Both the position numbers and the translations under genes were made by a program. DNA of 64,000 bases, taken from contig CAYWNT010000003.1 in the NCBI GenBank assembly GCA_964459725.1, positions 47,592-111,591 of the forward strand. Direction: 5' to 3'. Every line of letters begins with the position of its first letter. The first letter of the stretch is position 1. Below, one piece after another: positions 49,462 through 58,161 of the stretch. The notes under the pieces were generated by a model, which saw nothing but the letters and a program-made list of their open reading frames with translations, was not told the DNA's origin and made no database searches. The DNA comes from an uncultured Gammaproteobacteria bacterium (GTDB taxonomy: Bacteria; Patescibacteriota; Patescibacteriia; Patescibacteriales; UBA12075).

Positions 49462-49809
49462 TTTAACCAAAAGCTAAAAGAATATAAAGAAAGGCAACAA
49501 GAAATAAATGATAAATTGCAGACTTTAGATGTTGCTGATGAAGACTATTATATCACCGTAAACACAGTACTATCTCTTGCTCAGCGGGCATTAGAAATAT
49601 TTGAAAGTTCTGAAGTGTCTGAAAAACGACAACTTCTCAATTTTCTACTTCGGAACCTTGAATTGAGAGGAAAAAAGTTGGAATATAAGCTAAAAGCACC
49701 GTTTGATACGGTGCTTAAAGCGAACGAGTGTTCTGATTTGCTCCCGGGGTCGGATTCGAAGGGTTCAAGCCCCAACACCATCAACAATTCACAATTCTAC
49801 TTCTTGTAA
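49462..49809 (+). pseudogene. C-terminal fragment of a large serine recombinase (truncated remnant)
   Basis: EKRQLLNFLLRNLELRGKKLEYKL / LLPGSDS parallels TKKEILSIIGSNLTLKDNILNISL / LLPGSDS at the C-terminus of the intact recombinase. It reads into the att repeat in the same frame. N-terminal catalytic and zinc-ribbon parts are missing. The annotated ATG lies inside a 28-bp perfect palindrome (49346-49373). Confidence 0.45.
49738..49760. repeat. 23-nt direct repeat of the tRNA-Asn 3' end (attL of the intact element / tRNA-proximal att of the remnant)
   Basis: ttgctcccggggtcggattcgaa identical to 62934-62956. Confidence 0.6.
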
Positions 49810-50180
49810 CCGTTCAACTATAATACATTATTCTGCTGCACTTAAACACTTCTCAGCTCGATTCTCATCACAAACCACAGATACCAAATATAAAAACACC
49901 TCGAATGAGGTGCTTTTATATTTGCTCCGCGGAATATATGAAGTTAGAACCTCTATTTGTCTAAAACAAACATGCTTTATTAAATAAATTTGAAATACTT
50001 AGAGGGGGGGGCTACCCGAAAACTTCCCTTTTTGATTTAAAATAAAATTGGCCTCTGTGAAATTTGCATCAATTTTCAGAAAATGATGTGTTTGATGTCG
50101 GTGATGTTTTTTTTAAATCATTTTAAATATTTATAAAAACCTACAAAAAAAGCGAATTATATATAATTCGCTTTTAATAA

Positions 50181-50711
50181 TCACTTCTTTAATTGAAGTA
50201 GTTTATTTGACTGAAAAAAATCTTCAATACTATTTACATTCCACCAACCTTTTAATCTTGGCTTATAAATGAAATCTTGTAGATGAAATGGTATTTTCCC
50301 TGGATTTAATTCATAGCCCTCACTATTTTCTCCTCTAATATGAACTAAATGGTCCCCTTTAAATGTTTTACCAAGGCGCAAAACAACCCTTCTAATTGCT
50401 ATATCATGTATATGAGCATTATCTGTTTCTTGAATATTGTAGTCAATTTTTGAATTCACATTTGAAACATTTGTATCATATACATCGCTTGCATTCATCA
50501 GAAGCCAGTTTAATAATCCGATATTAGATTTAAAAAACTCATAATAAGCATCTTCATACAATATAATAGCAAAATCTCTCGAAATAACAGTGTCACACCA
50601 TGAATATGCCACCCTCCAACCATTGATTCCATATAAAGCATCCCATTCTTCTTTGAAAACAATTCTCCTTTTTCCAAAATAACCTGGTCTTCTAATTGTC
50701 TCCCAACTCAT
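50181..50711 (-). CDS. hypothetical protein (cargo gene, co-transcribed with the LOG-like gene)
   Basis: 176 aa; 10-bp gap from the upstream gene; no motif recognised. Confidence 0.45.
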   Translation of the reverse strand: MSWETIRRPGYFGKRRIVFKEEWDALYGINGWRVAYSWCDTVISRDFAIILYEDAYYEFFKSNIGLLNWLLMNASDVYDTNVSNVNSKIDYNIQETDNAHIHDIAIRRVVLRLGKTFKGDHLVHIRGENSEGYELNPGKIPFHLQDFIYKPRLKGWWNVNSIEDFFQSNKLLQLKK

Positions 50712-50721
50712 TATCCACCTC

Positions 50722-51264
50722 TTATGGATTTTTTTGATTAATTAGTTTTAATATCTTTTTTACTGCATCTTCTGGGCTTGATGCTGACTCAACCTTCATT
50801 CTTTTCCTACTATCTAAATATTTTCCCACCATCATGTCAGATGAGCCCCCTGTGCCCTTTATTGCAACAATAGGAATATGAAGCTGATATGCCACCAGCA
50901 TTTCATTTAGCGTCCCAGATCCACCTGATACAGTTATTATTCCGTCACAACTATTTACTAAAACAAATTCTCTCCCTCCACCTCTTTCCATGCCACTACA
51001 GATAACAACATCAGCATATTTATTACCTCCCCAAACTTCTTTGCCCTTACCATATGTGATTCCAACAACTAGTCCGTTTTCTTCCTTGGCCCCCTTAGCT
51101 GCAGAGGTTGAAAGAGAATCAACGTCTTTTTCAGCACCATAAACAAGTATACTCCCAGTTTTAGCAACTTCTTTTCCTATATTTTCAGCAATTAATTGGT
51201 TTTTTTTTGAATTTTTGGTGTCCGCTGCTGATCCCATTACACCAATTTGTAATTTTCTTTTCAT
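50722..51264 (-). CDS. LOG/TIGR00725-family Rossmann-fold nucleotide-binding protein (nucleotide 5'-monophosphate nucleosidase-like)
   Basis: 180 aa; VSGGSGTLNEM matches the LOG PGGxGTxxE motif; N-terminal IGVMGSA. Confidence 0.65.
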   Translation of the reverse strand: MKRKLQIGVMGSAADTKNSKKNQLIAENIGKEVAKTGSILVYGAEKDVDSLSTSAAKGAKEENGLVVGITYGKGKEVWGGNKYADVVICSGMERGGGREFVLVNSCDGIITVSGGSGTLNEMLVAYQLHIPIVAIKGTGGSSDMMVGKYLDSRKRMKVESASSPEDAVKKILKLINQKNP

Positions 51265-51286
51265 TTATTATTATTATTATTATTAT
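51263..51286. repeat. (TTA)7 / (TAA)7 trinucleotide microsatellite abutting the LOG-like start codon
   Basis: ttattattattattattatta read on the plus strand; on the minus strand it gives seven in-frame TAA codons immediately before the ATG. Confidence 0.8.
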
Positions 51287-51355
51287 TAACAAAATAACTA
51301 TACATCTTTTTTAAAAAAATGTAAAGGACTAAAAAGTGGCTACAAGATTATTCTC

Positions 51356-51389
51356 AATAAAAAACCCACGAATTTTTTTATCGTGGGTT
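51356..51389 (-). terminator. rho-independent terminator between the PRTase-like and LOG-like genes
   Basis: 9-bp stem aacccacga/tcgtgggtt; U-tract on the minus strand. Confidence 0.55.
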
Positions 51390-51398
51390 ATATTAATT

Positions 51399-52412
51399 TT
51401 AGTACTCGTGACACAGATCTGACAAGTAATCCGTAACATATGAATCAAGCCTAGGAAACCTTCTAAAGCCAATATTTATAGGAATAGATATTTTTGGTTT
51501 GATATCAAGTAAATCACCTATCAAAATTTTATTTTCGTTCATGCTGTCTATCGCTCTAAATAACTCAAGCGTCCAAGATGCACAAAACCTAGAAAGCTCA
51601 ACTTGATGTTTCTCAGAAATACTTGCCCATTTATTCAAAGGAGCAAATGGCATTATATATGGCATAGAATATGTAGCCCCTTCTTTTGAGTAAAATGGAT
51701 ACAATTCTTCTCCCATCTTTAATCCAAGCACTCTTCCACAATTAGGAATAAATGGAACAAAATCGTGATCTGGCATCCAATCAATCAAGTTGTCAAATTC
51801 CTCAACCACAATAAGTTCCCCATCAAACTGAGACTTAACCTTGTCTATGGCATTTGGAAATGAAAAACCAACGACTATTGCTTCAACATCTAAATTGTTT
51901 TCATTAAATTTTTCCAAGATATTTATCAAAGTTCTTCCACTAAATATACCATCTTCCATTAAAATCAATGGCTTTCTTGCGCTACCAAAAGTCTTGTTCT
52001 TGATATTAATGATTTGATCACTAATTGATGGCGTTCCTGGCCTTGGTCCAATACCAATCACATCACCTGCTTCATTAACTAACCTGTTAATATTAAGAAC
52101 AAATCCGTTTTCATCCATTGATTCATCCATTCTGCTGATTTCAGAACAAGTGCTTATAATATCAGCATTTTTAAGCAAAGCCTGTCTTTTAAACGTTTTA
52201 CTTACAATTTTTTCTGCCAACTCCCTTGTGTTTATGGCAACCACATTTGCTTCTGGGAATGAAAGCTCTACATACTTTAAAATCTCACTTTCCAAATCAT
52301 CAAATATTTTGTCATTTGGAGATGGTGTTTTTATTCCAAATCTGTTAAATACACCTACTTTTTCTCTCACATCAAATGTCAAAATATAAGTTCGTTTATG
52401 CTTTTTCTTCAT
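51399..52412 (-). CDS. type-I phosphoribosyltransferase-domain protein with ~130-aa N-terminal extension
   Basis: 337 aa; PRPP-binding loop KPLILMEDGIFSGRTL (hhhhEDxhxSGxTh). 28-bp gap from hisS, so probably co-transcribed. Confidence 0.45.
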   Translation of the reverse strand: MKKKHKRTYILTFDVREKVGVFNRFGIKTPSPNDKIFDDLESEILKYVELSFPEANVVAINTRELAEKIVSKTFKRQALLKNADIISTCSEISRMDESMDENGFVLNINRLVNEAGDVIGIGPRPGTPSISDQIINIKNKTFGSARKPLILMEDGIFSGRTLINILEKFNENNLDVEAIVVGFSFPNAIDKVKSQFDGELIVVEEFDNLIDWMPDHDFVPFIPNCGRVLGLKMGEELYPFYSKEGATYSMPYIMPFAPLNKWASISEKHQVELSRFCASWTLELFRAIDSMNENKILIGDLLDIKPKISIPINIGFRRFPRLDSYVTDYLSDLCHEY

Positions 52413-52440
52413 TGCACTTCCTCCTATATTAGCTAAAATT

Positions 52441-53760
52441 TTATTTAATAATTCTGGTTAAGGCATCATCAAATGACATGAGAGATTGTTCTCCTGTAAC
52501 CATGTCCTTCAAGGCCACCTTATTTTGGCTTCTTTCATCCTCACCAATAATAATTACATAAGGAATCCCTTTCCTGTTGGCATAGGATAATTTTTTTGAG
52601 AATTTATCATTTTCGACATATACTTCAGTTATGACACCAGCAGATCTTAACTGTGTAGCTACTTCAAATGGGGACTGGAGATTATCATCCAATGAAACAA
52701 CCAAAACTTTTGTCAAAGAAAGTTGTTCGGCTTTAATTATGCCAGCCTCTTTCAGCTGATAAAAAAGTCTTGTTAATCCAATTGAAATACCCACTCCAGG
52801 CAATTTATTGTTCGTATAACTTTCTGCCAAGTTGTCAAATCTGCCACCAGAACAAACTGATCCAATTTTAGGGTAGTCTGTTAACAATGTTTCATAAACA
52901 GTGCCCGTATAATAATCAAGTCCTCTAGCGATAGACAAATCAATAATAAAATTATTCTCAGGAACATTCAAATTACGAATATTCTGAATAACAACAGCAA
53001 GTTCCTCTACTCCTTCAGAGAATAACTTATTTTCAATTGACAGATTCTTCAAATCGCCAATAATAGAATCATTATCTCCTTTAATGCTCAAGAACTTCAG
53101 CAGGTCATCAACACCGTCATTTGAAACGCCAAGTTCAATCAGTTCTTTGGAGACCTCTTCTTCTCCGATTTTCTCGATTTTGTCAACAACTCGAAGAATT
53201 TCAGTAGAAGAAACTTCTGTGCTTAAATTCTGAAAAAATCCATTTAGAATTTTCCTATTATTAATCCTAATGAGAAAATTTTCAAATCCCAGAGATTTAA
53301 ATGTGAAATAAATCACACTTGGAATCTCGGCGTCATGGTGAAGACTCAAAGAACCGTTTCCAATGATATCAATATCACACTGATAAAATTCCCGAAAACG
53401 TCCTCTTTGTGCACGTTCTCCTCTGTGAACTTTGCCAATGTGGCAACGTCTAAAAGGAAAGGTTAATTCAGAATAATACTGACTTACATATCTCGCCAAA
53501 GGCACAGTTAAATCAAACCTTAAGGCAAGCTCATTTTTACCCTTTTTGAATCTGTAAAGTTGCTTTTCAGTTTCGCCGCCAACTTTCGCAAGTAACACCT
53601 CTGCTTTTTCAATGTCTGGTGTGTCAATCGGAGTAAAACCGAATAACTCATAACACTCCCGAATGGTACTCATCATCTTATTAAACAATAACTGATCAGC
53701 AGGAAGTAACTCCATAAATCCAGAAGGAATTGATGGTTGAACAATGTTGTTTTTCTTCAT
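52441..53760 (-). CDS. hisS: histidyl-tRNA synthetase, full length with anticodon-binding domain
   Basis: 439 aa; class II motifs; HisRS signatures RGERAQRGRFREFYQCD, ARGLDYYTGTVYE, GGRFDNL; C-terminal anticodon-binding fold (VLVVSL...IPYVIIIGEDE). No T-box seen upstream. Confidence 0.85.
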   Translation of the reverse strand: MKKNNIVQPSIPSGFMELLPADQLLFNKMMSTIRECYELFGFTPIDTPDIEKAEVLLAKVGGETEKQLYRFKKGKNELALRFDLTVPLARYVSQYYSELTFPFRRCHIGKVHRGERAQRGRFREFYQCDIDIIGNGSLSLHHDAEIPSVIYFTFKSLGFENFLIRINNRKILNGFFQNLSTEVSSTEILRVVDKIEKIGEEEVSKELIELGVSNDGVDDLLKFLSIKGDNDSIIGDLKNLSIENKLFSEGVEELAVVIQNIRNLNVPENNFIIDLSIARGLDYYTGTVYETLLTDYPKIGSVCSGGRFDNLAESYTNNKLPGVGISIGLTRLFYQLKEAGIIKAEQLSLTKVLVVSLDDNLQSPFEVATQLRSAGVITEVYVENDKFSKKLSYANRKGIPYVIIIGEDERSQNKVALKDMVTGEQSLMSFDDALTRIIK

Positions 53761-53951
53761 AATCCTATCTCCTATTTAGATGGTTAATATTTATGCAATA
53801 TGATTATTATAACAAAATAATAATTTTAAGCAATAATTTCAAAGAACTACTAAATCCGTACACCTTAGCATAAAATTTAATAGTTGTCAATAGCAAAAAC
53901 CCGCATATAAAGACTCTTTATGTCTCCATAACAAAAACACATAAACATACT

Positions 53952-53984
53952 AAAAAATGCCTAAAATTAGGCATTTTTATTTTC
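53952..53984. terminator. weak bidirectional terminator between hisS and the nuclease gene
   Basis: aaaaaatgcctaaaattaggcattttt: 6-bp stem with flanking A-run and T-run. Confidence 0.4.
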
Positions 53985-54087
53985 TCAATCTAAGAGCTAC
54001 TCTATTTATAGTTCATCGCTATTTGACCACTTCTAAAACTACATCACACTTAATTAAAATCCATATACTGATAATATACAACTGTTA

Positions 54088-55170
54088 TTATTTCCCAGAT
54101 TTCCTTCTGTTGCACTCTTTGCATAACATTTGGCAATTTTTTTCAATTGATTTCCCTCCCTCGTGCCAAGGTGTTATGTGATCAGCTTCCATTCTTTCTA
54201 TCTCAAATTTTTCCTTACATGCTTTACAAATACCTTTTTGCTTCTCGTAAACCTTTTGCTTAACTGCATCAGTAAATGCACGAATAGAAAGATATTTTTC
54301 ATTACGGGTTAAAATGTATGGATAGATACCGCTCTTTTTTGTGACATCATCATCAAGTATTAACCTTTCTGTTTCTTCTTCAATTTCCTTTGTATTATAT
54401 TTCTCATCTTTATATGCATTATAAAGAATACCCCAATCAACACCTTTCATAAACTTTCTTTTTTTGATAAAAGTCGTATTTACCCAAGTCATTACATCTT
54501 GAAAATATCGCCATAAAGCTCCCGCATTTTGGTCGTGCTGATGGTCGGACATATATTCTTCTATTTTGTTATTAGAAATCCATTTAATCGCTGTTTCAAG
54601 ATAATCTTGACGAATTGGCGAGCCATTTAGATAATCACCTCCTGTCTGATAGGCAACGCAACCATTTTTACTAAAATATCGTTTTGCATCAGTAACCCAA
54701 GTTCCAGAATAAACAGCGTTTCGGAGTTCTTGTTCTGTTAATTTTTCACCCGCAATATTTATTGTTTTAAACCAATCTAATTTTTCACTATCTGTTCCGC
54801 TACACTGATAAACAGTGAGTTTATAATCCAAAATCTGTTCTCGTTTATCCTTTGGCAAATTATGAAAAGCCATGCCGTTGATTGAAAAATCTCCTTCGGC
54901 ATATTGGCAAATTGAAATGGTACGTTGTTGACCATCAATAATTTCAAAATTCCCATCTTCACGAACAGCCCAATACATCACATTAAGAGGAAATTTTTTT
55001 GTAATAGTATCAATAACCGCATCCCTTTGTTTGTCTTTGTAAATAAATTCTCTTTGGTAAGGAGGGCGAATATCAAGCTTACCACCATATCCAACAACAC
55101 CATCCTCAGCATTGTCTTTAAAATCCTTTATCAATTCACAAATAGTTATTTCTTTTAATTGTATTTTCAT
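54088..55170 (-). CDS. DUF262 (ParB-like nuclease superfamily) fused to C-terminal HNH endonuclease; GmrSD-like putative restriction endonuclease
   Basis: 360 aa; N-terminal RPPYQREF...IIDGQQR (DUF262 DGQQR signature); C-terminal CKACKEKF...EADHITPWHEGGKS...CQMLCKECNRRKS (HNH). Confidence 0.75.
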   Translation of the reverse strand: MKIQLKEITICELIKDFKDNAEDGVVGYGGKLDIRPPYQREFIYKDKQRDAVIDTITKKFPLNVMYWAVREDGNFEIIDGQQRTISICQYAEGDFSINGMAFHNLPKDKREQILDYKLTVYQCSGTDSEKLDWFKTINIAGEKLTEQELRNAVYSGTWVTDAKRYFSKNGCVAYQTGGDYLNGSPIRQDYLETAIKWISNNKIEEYMSDHQHDQNAGALWRYFQDVMTWVNTTFIKKRKFMKGVDWGILYNAYKDEKYNTKEIEEETERLILDDDVTKKSGIYPYILTRNEKYLSIRAFTDAVKQKVYEKQKGICKACKEKFEIERMEADHITPWHEGGKSIEKNCQMLCKECNRRKSGK

Positions 55171-55189
55171 AATAAAATCTATTAAAAAA

Positions 55190-56266
55190 CTAAAGTTTTT
55201 TATTTTTAATAAGTATTCTTTTATATATAAACTTACCAGCTACCATTGGTGCTCCCCCTTTATCGGCAAATCCTTTTATGTGATATCGATTTCCTTCATT
55301 TGCAATGTTTGCATCGGCCCTACCAACAATTTCAAACTGCTCAGGATTATGTTTATCCATAAATGTAATTGGAACACCCATTACGCCCTTATAATCAATT
55401 GGAATTTCTGCAACCTTATTCACATTTATAGCCTTGTAATTATCGTATTTCGGATATTCATCCTCGTTTCCCTTATACATTTTATAAAGAACGATATCTT
55501 CGTTGTGCTTTTCTACCTCAAGATTTGTGAACCAACATGAAGTAGAAACACGAGCTATTTTATTTCCATCGTCATCAATATGATGATATTTTTCCCAGTT
55601 ATCTGGGACAACAAAAAACATTCCAACATTAAAATTTGTATATCCCGTTCTAAACCTGTTTTTTTCGATTAATTTAAAAATTTCTTTGTAGGTTATTGCA
55701 TTTGTATTTCCTATTATTAGAAATTTTTTATTATATTCTTCTAGTTGCTCGACAAATTTACGGAACAAAGAAAATGGTGGGTTGGTTACGACAATATCCG
55801 ATTCTTTTAAAATTTTCACAGATTCCTCACTCCTAAAATCACCATCTCCTTTAAGCGGGGTTGCAACATTTTTATCATGCTTCAAAAGCCATTCAACATC
55901 CGCCATACTTACAGCACCATCATTATCAAGATCTTTAACTTCATTTATTTCAATTTTCATTGGCTCTTTTTTCTTTGCTGTTTTTAATCCTTCTACTTCG
56001 AGCAAGGAAAGTTGTCCCCCAACAACGGGCGACCCCGCATAGCTTGTGGCAATAAGTTTTTTAAGACCAAGTACATTGAAACTAGAAGCAAAATATTTAA
56101 AAAAGCTACTTTCAAACGGATCATCCGCATTGCAATAAACAGTTTTATTTTTAAATTGTTTTTTGTAATATTTTAACTCTTTTTCTATATCAGAAAGCTG
56201 AGTATAAAACTCATCCTTCTTTGCTTTATTTGCTTGTCTTAAGTTTTTATTGGAAAATTTAGGCAT
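55190..56266 (-). CDS. N6-adenine DNA methyltransferase, EcoRI-methylase-like family (call from memory)
   Basis: 358 aa; N-terminal KAKKDEFYTQ and catalytic NPPF (VVTNPPFS). 19-bp gap to the downstream nuclease gene, so operonic. Confidence 0.65.
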   Translation of the reverse strand: MPKFSNKNLRQANKAKKDEFYTQLSDIEKELKYYKKQFKNKTVYCNADDPFESSFFKYFASSFNVLGLKKLIATSYAGSPVVGGQLSLLEVEGLKTAKKKEPMKIEINEVKDLDNDGAVSMADVEWLLKHDKNVATPLKGDGDFRSEESVKILKESDIVVTNPPFSLFRKFVEQLEEYNKKFLIIGNTNAITYKEIFKLIEKNRFRTGYTNFNVGMFFVVPDNWEKYHHIDDDGNKIARVSTSCWFTNLEVEKHNEDIVLYKMYKGNEDEYPKYDNYKAINVNKVAEIPIDYKGVMGVPITFMDKHNPEQFEIVGRADANIANEGNRYHIKGFADKGGAPMVAGKFIYKRILIKNKKL

Positions 56267-56327
56267 AGTTCAACACTTCTACACCGACTGTTTGTGTTTT
56301 TGGGTATCAAAAAAGGACAGCCGAGGT

Positions 56328-56448
56328 GTTGAACCACAATAGTTCATCCCGAGGGAATCCCTAATCGTAGAACTCGACTGCCCATTCCAGCCTACGATTA
56401 GGCAAAAAATGGGCAGTTTCCGCTCAGGATATTCTATTGTGGTTCAAC
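56328..56448. other. 121-nt region of nested and interleaved perfect inverted repeats (candidate structured RNA, origin or operator)
   Basis: A gttgaaccacaatag 56328-56342 / A' 56434-56448 (15 bp); B cctaatcgtag 56360-56370 / B' 56392-56402 (11 bp); C ctgcccatt 56378-56386 / C' 56408-56416 (9 bp). Order A-B-C-B'-C'-A' is pseudoknot-compatible. Confidence 0.5.
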
Positions 56449-56583
56449 ATTTTTAATTTACCACTAAAATAATAAAAAATCAACCTTGCTACCCAGTGCT
56501 ACTCACTATATTTCAGCTTGATTTTTCGCCAAAATTAAAGTAAGATATAGGCAATATTACTATTATAATTAGATGACATTATT

Positions 56584-57741
56584 ATGAAAATTGAGCTTAT
56601 TATTGAACAATTAAAAGATTATTTCAATTCTCCAAAAACCAATTTTGAAAATTGGGATTTCTATATTAATCTATCTGAATATGTTGAATTTATTAATAAT
56701 ACGCCAGAATTAAAAGCAGAAGTAAAAAAACTTGAGAAAGAAAGAGATGAGTGTTACAAGAAATATTATCAACTAAGGAATAAATCCTGGGAAGAAATAA
56801 AAAAATCAGGAAATCAATTATTAACAATATTAGATGCAAATAAAATATCAAAGATAAAAGATAATGAGTTAATAGACGAAATAAAAGAATTAAAAGGCTT
56901 TGTTGCTGGGACGGTTTTATACGGTGAAAAAAAGCCAGTCAGTATTATAAATCGTTTACTTGACGATATAGCTGTGCATCTTGCAAATGATAAAAAAGGA
57001 AAGCTAGTTGAAAAATTTATTAATTCCAAAAACCCATCTCGATTTATATTTTCAAAAACTCTGCCTTTATTTTGTGAAATGGAACGTGATATTGAAGATA
57101 ATTTAGAAAATGAAAAATGGCATTATTGGTATATGTTGAAAGATATACCAGACATCATTAAATTGCCTCTTAACAAAAGTATTTCTATTTCTAACAAATA
57201 TAGCAATCTACCCTATGAAGAATATAAGTATTATTTTTTGTTTTTTGAAATCAAAAGAGATTTTAAAAAAAATCAAGGAAAAATTAATCAATATATGAAG
57301 CAAGATATTCTTAAATATAAAAATTATTTTCAAAGTATAAATAATTATTTGATAAAACAGCTGTTCAACCAAATAAAAGAACAAGACAAAAAATATAATT
57401 TTGAGTTCCGCGAAAATTATCTTTACTATAATGAACGAAAAGGAGATAAAAAATTTCTTGATGAAGAACAACATGCACACACACTCAGATTTATTATTGT
57501 TAACCGAGAAAAACCTTTGATTTTATATAATGATATTAAAAATTATCTACATGATTCAAAAATAAAATTAAAATTGAAAAAATCGTTTACTGAAAGCGAC
57601 AATCAATATAATATAAACAGAGCTATTGTGCGCCATTGCGACACGATAGAAAAATATATTAAAAAAGATTTTCCAGAACTAGAAAATAATAAAATTTTTG
57701 AACAGATACCGAATCAAGGAATTGAATTTTTGTTAGACTGA
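56584..57741 (+). CDS. hypothetical Lys/Asn-rich protein (element gene); terminator hairpin at 57771-57793
   Basis: 385 aa; extremely AT-rich codons; no motif recognised. Confidence 0.5.
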   Translation: MKIELIIEQLKDYFNSPKTNFENWDFYINLSEYVEFINNTPELKAEVKKLEKERDECYKKYYQLRNKSWEEIKKSGNQLLTILDANKISKIKDNELIDEIKELKGFVAGTVLYGEKKPVSIINRLLDDIAVHLANDKKGKLVEKFINSKNPSRFIFSKTLPLFCEMERDIEDNLENEKWHYWYMLKDIPDIIKLPLNKSISISNKYSNLPYEEYKYYFLFFEIKRDFKKNQGKINQYMKQDILKYKNYFQSINNYLIKQLFNQIKEQDKKYNFEFRENYLYYNERKGDKKFLDEEQHAHTLRFIIVNREKPLILYNDIKNYLHDSKIKLKLKKSFTESDNQYNINRAIVRHCDTIEKYIKKDFPELENNKIFEQIPNQGIEFLLD

Positions 57742-57907
57742 TTTTTTTTAAAATAATTTTCGTCTGTTAATAGCCATTCGTGGCTATTTTTTTATTTTAA
57801 AATAAGTTAAAAATATTTTACAACCGCTAATTATCGCTAATGTGACATTGTGAAATAATTATAATAGATGTTCGAACAAACAAATTAATAAACTAATAAA
57901 AATTACT

Positions 57908-58159
57908 ATGACAAAAATATTAAATGAAAGAGATTTTTTCAAAACAGCCGATCTGAGCCTAGCATCCAGCCTTCGTTATTATGGCTATATAGTCGAGGCT
58001 ATTGATAGGCAAAACCCTAAAAAAGTAGAATTTTTATTCATTCGTGATAATGACTTAGATAAGATAATCCATCAATTTTGGTCACGTTTGCTAACTGTCG
58101 AACCAGTTGCTTATTTCGGTTTCATTAAGGAATTAAAAAATAGATTATACTCAGAATAA
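57908..58159 (+). CDS. hypothetical small protein
   Basis: 83 aa. Confidence 0.45.
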   Translation: MTKILNERDFFKTADLSLASSLRYYGYIVEAIDRQNPKKVEFLFIRDNDLDKIIHQFWSRLLTVEPVAYFGFIKELKNRLYSE

Positions 58160-58161
58160 AT

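Larger units (their letters stand above)
48549..49760. mobile_element. decayed remnant of an integrative element related to the intact one downstream
   Basis: Bounded by tRNA-3'-end copies. Carries the hairpin aaaacacctcgaatgaggtgcttttatatttgctcc (48640-48675) also present inside the intact element (49889-49924), a Cys-rich ORF and a recombinase C-terminal fragment. Confidence 0.45.

Noticed and set aside
53761-54087. T-box or other leader upstream of hisS
   Set aside because: No CGCGGTNCCACCC-type motif (reverse complement of the T-box box) or obvious terminator/antiterminator pair. Only a weak bidirectional terminator belonging to the neighbouring operon.
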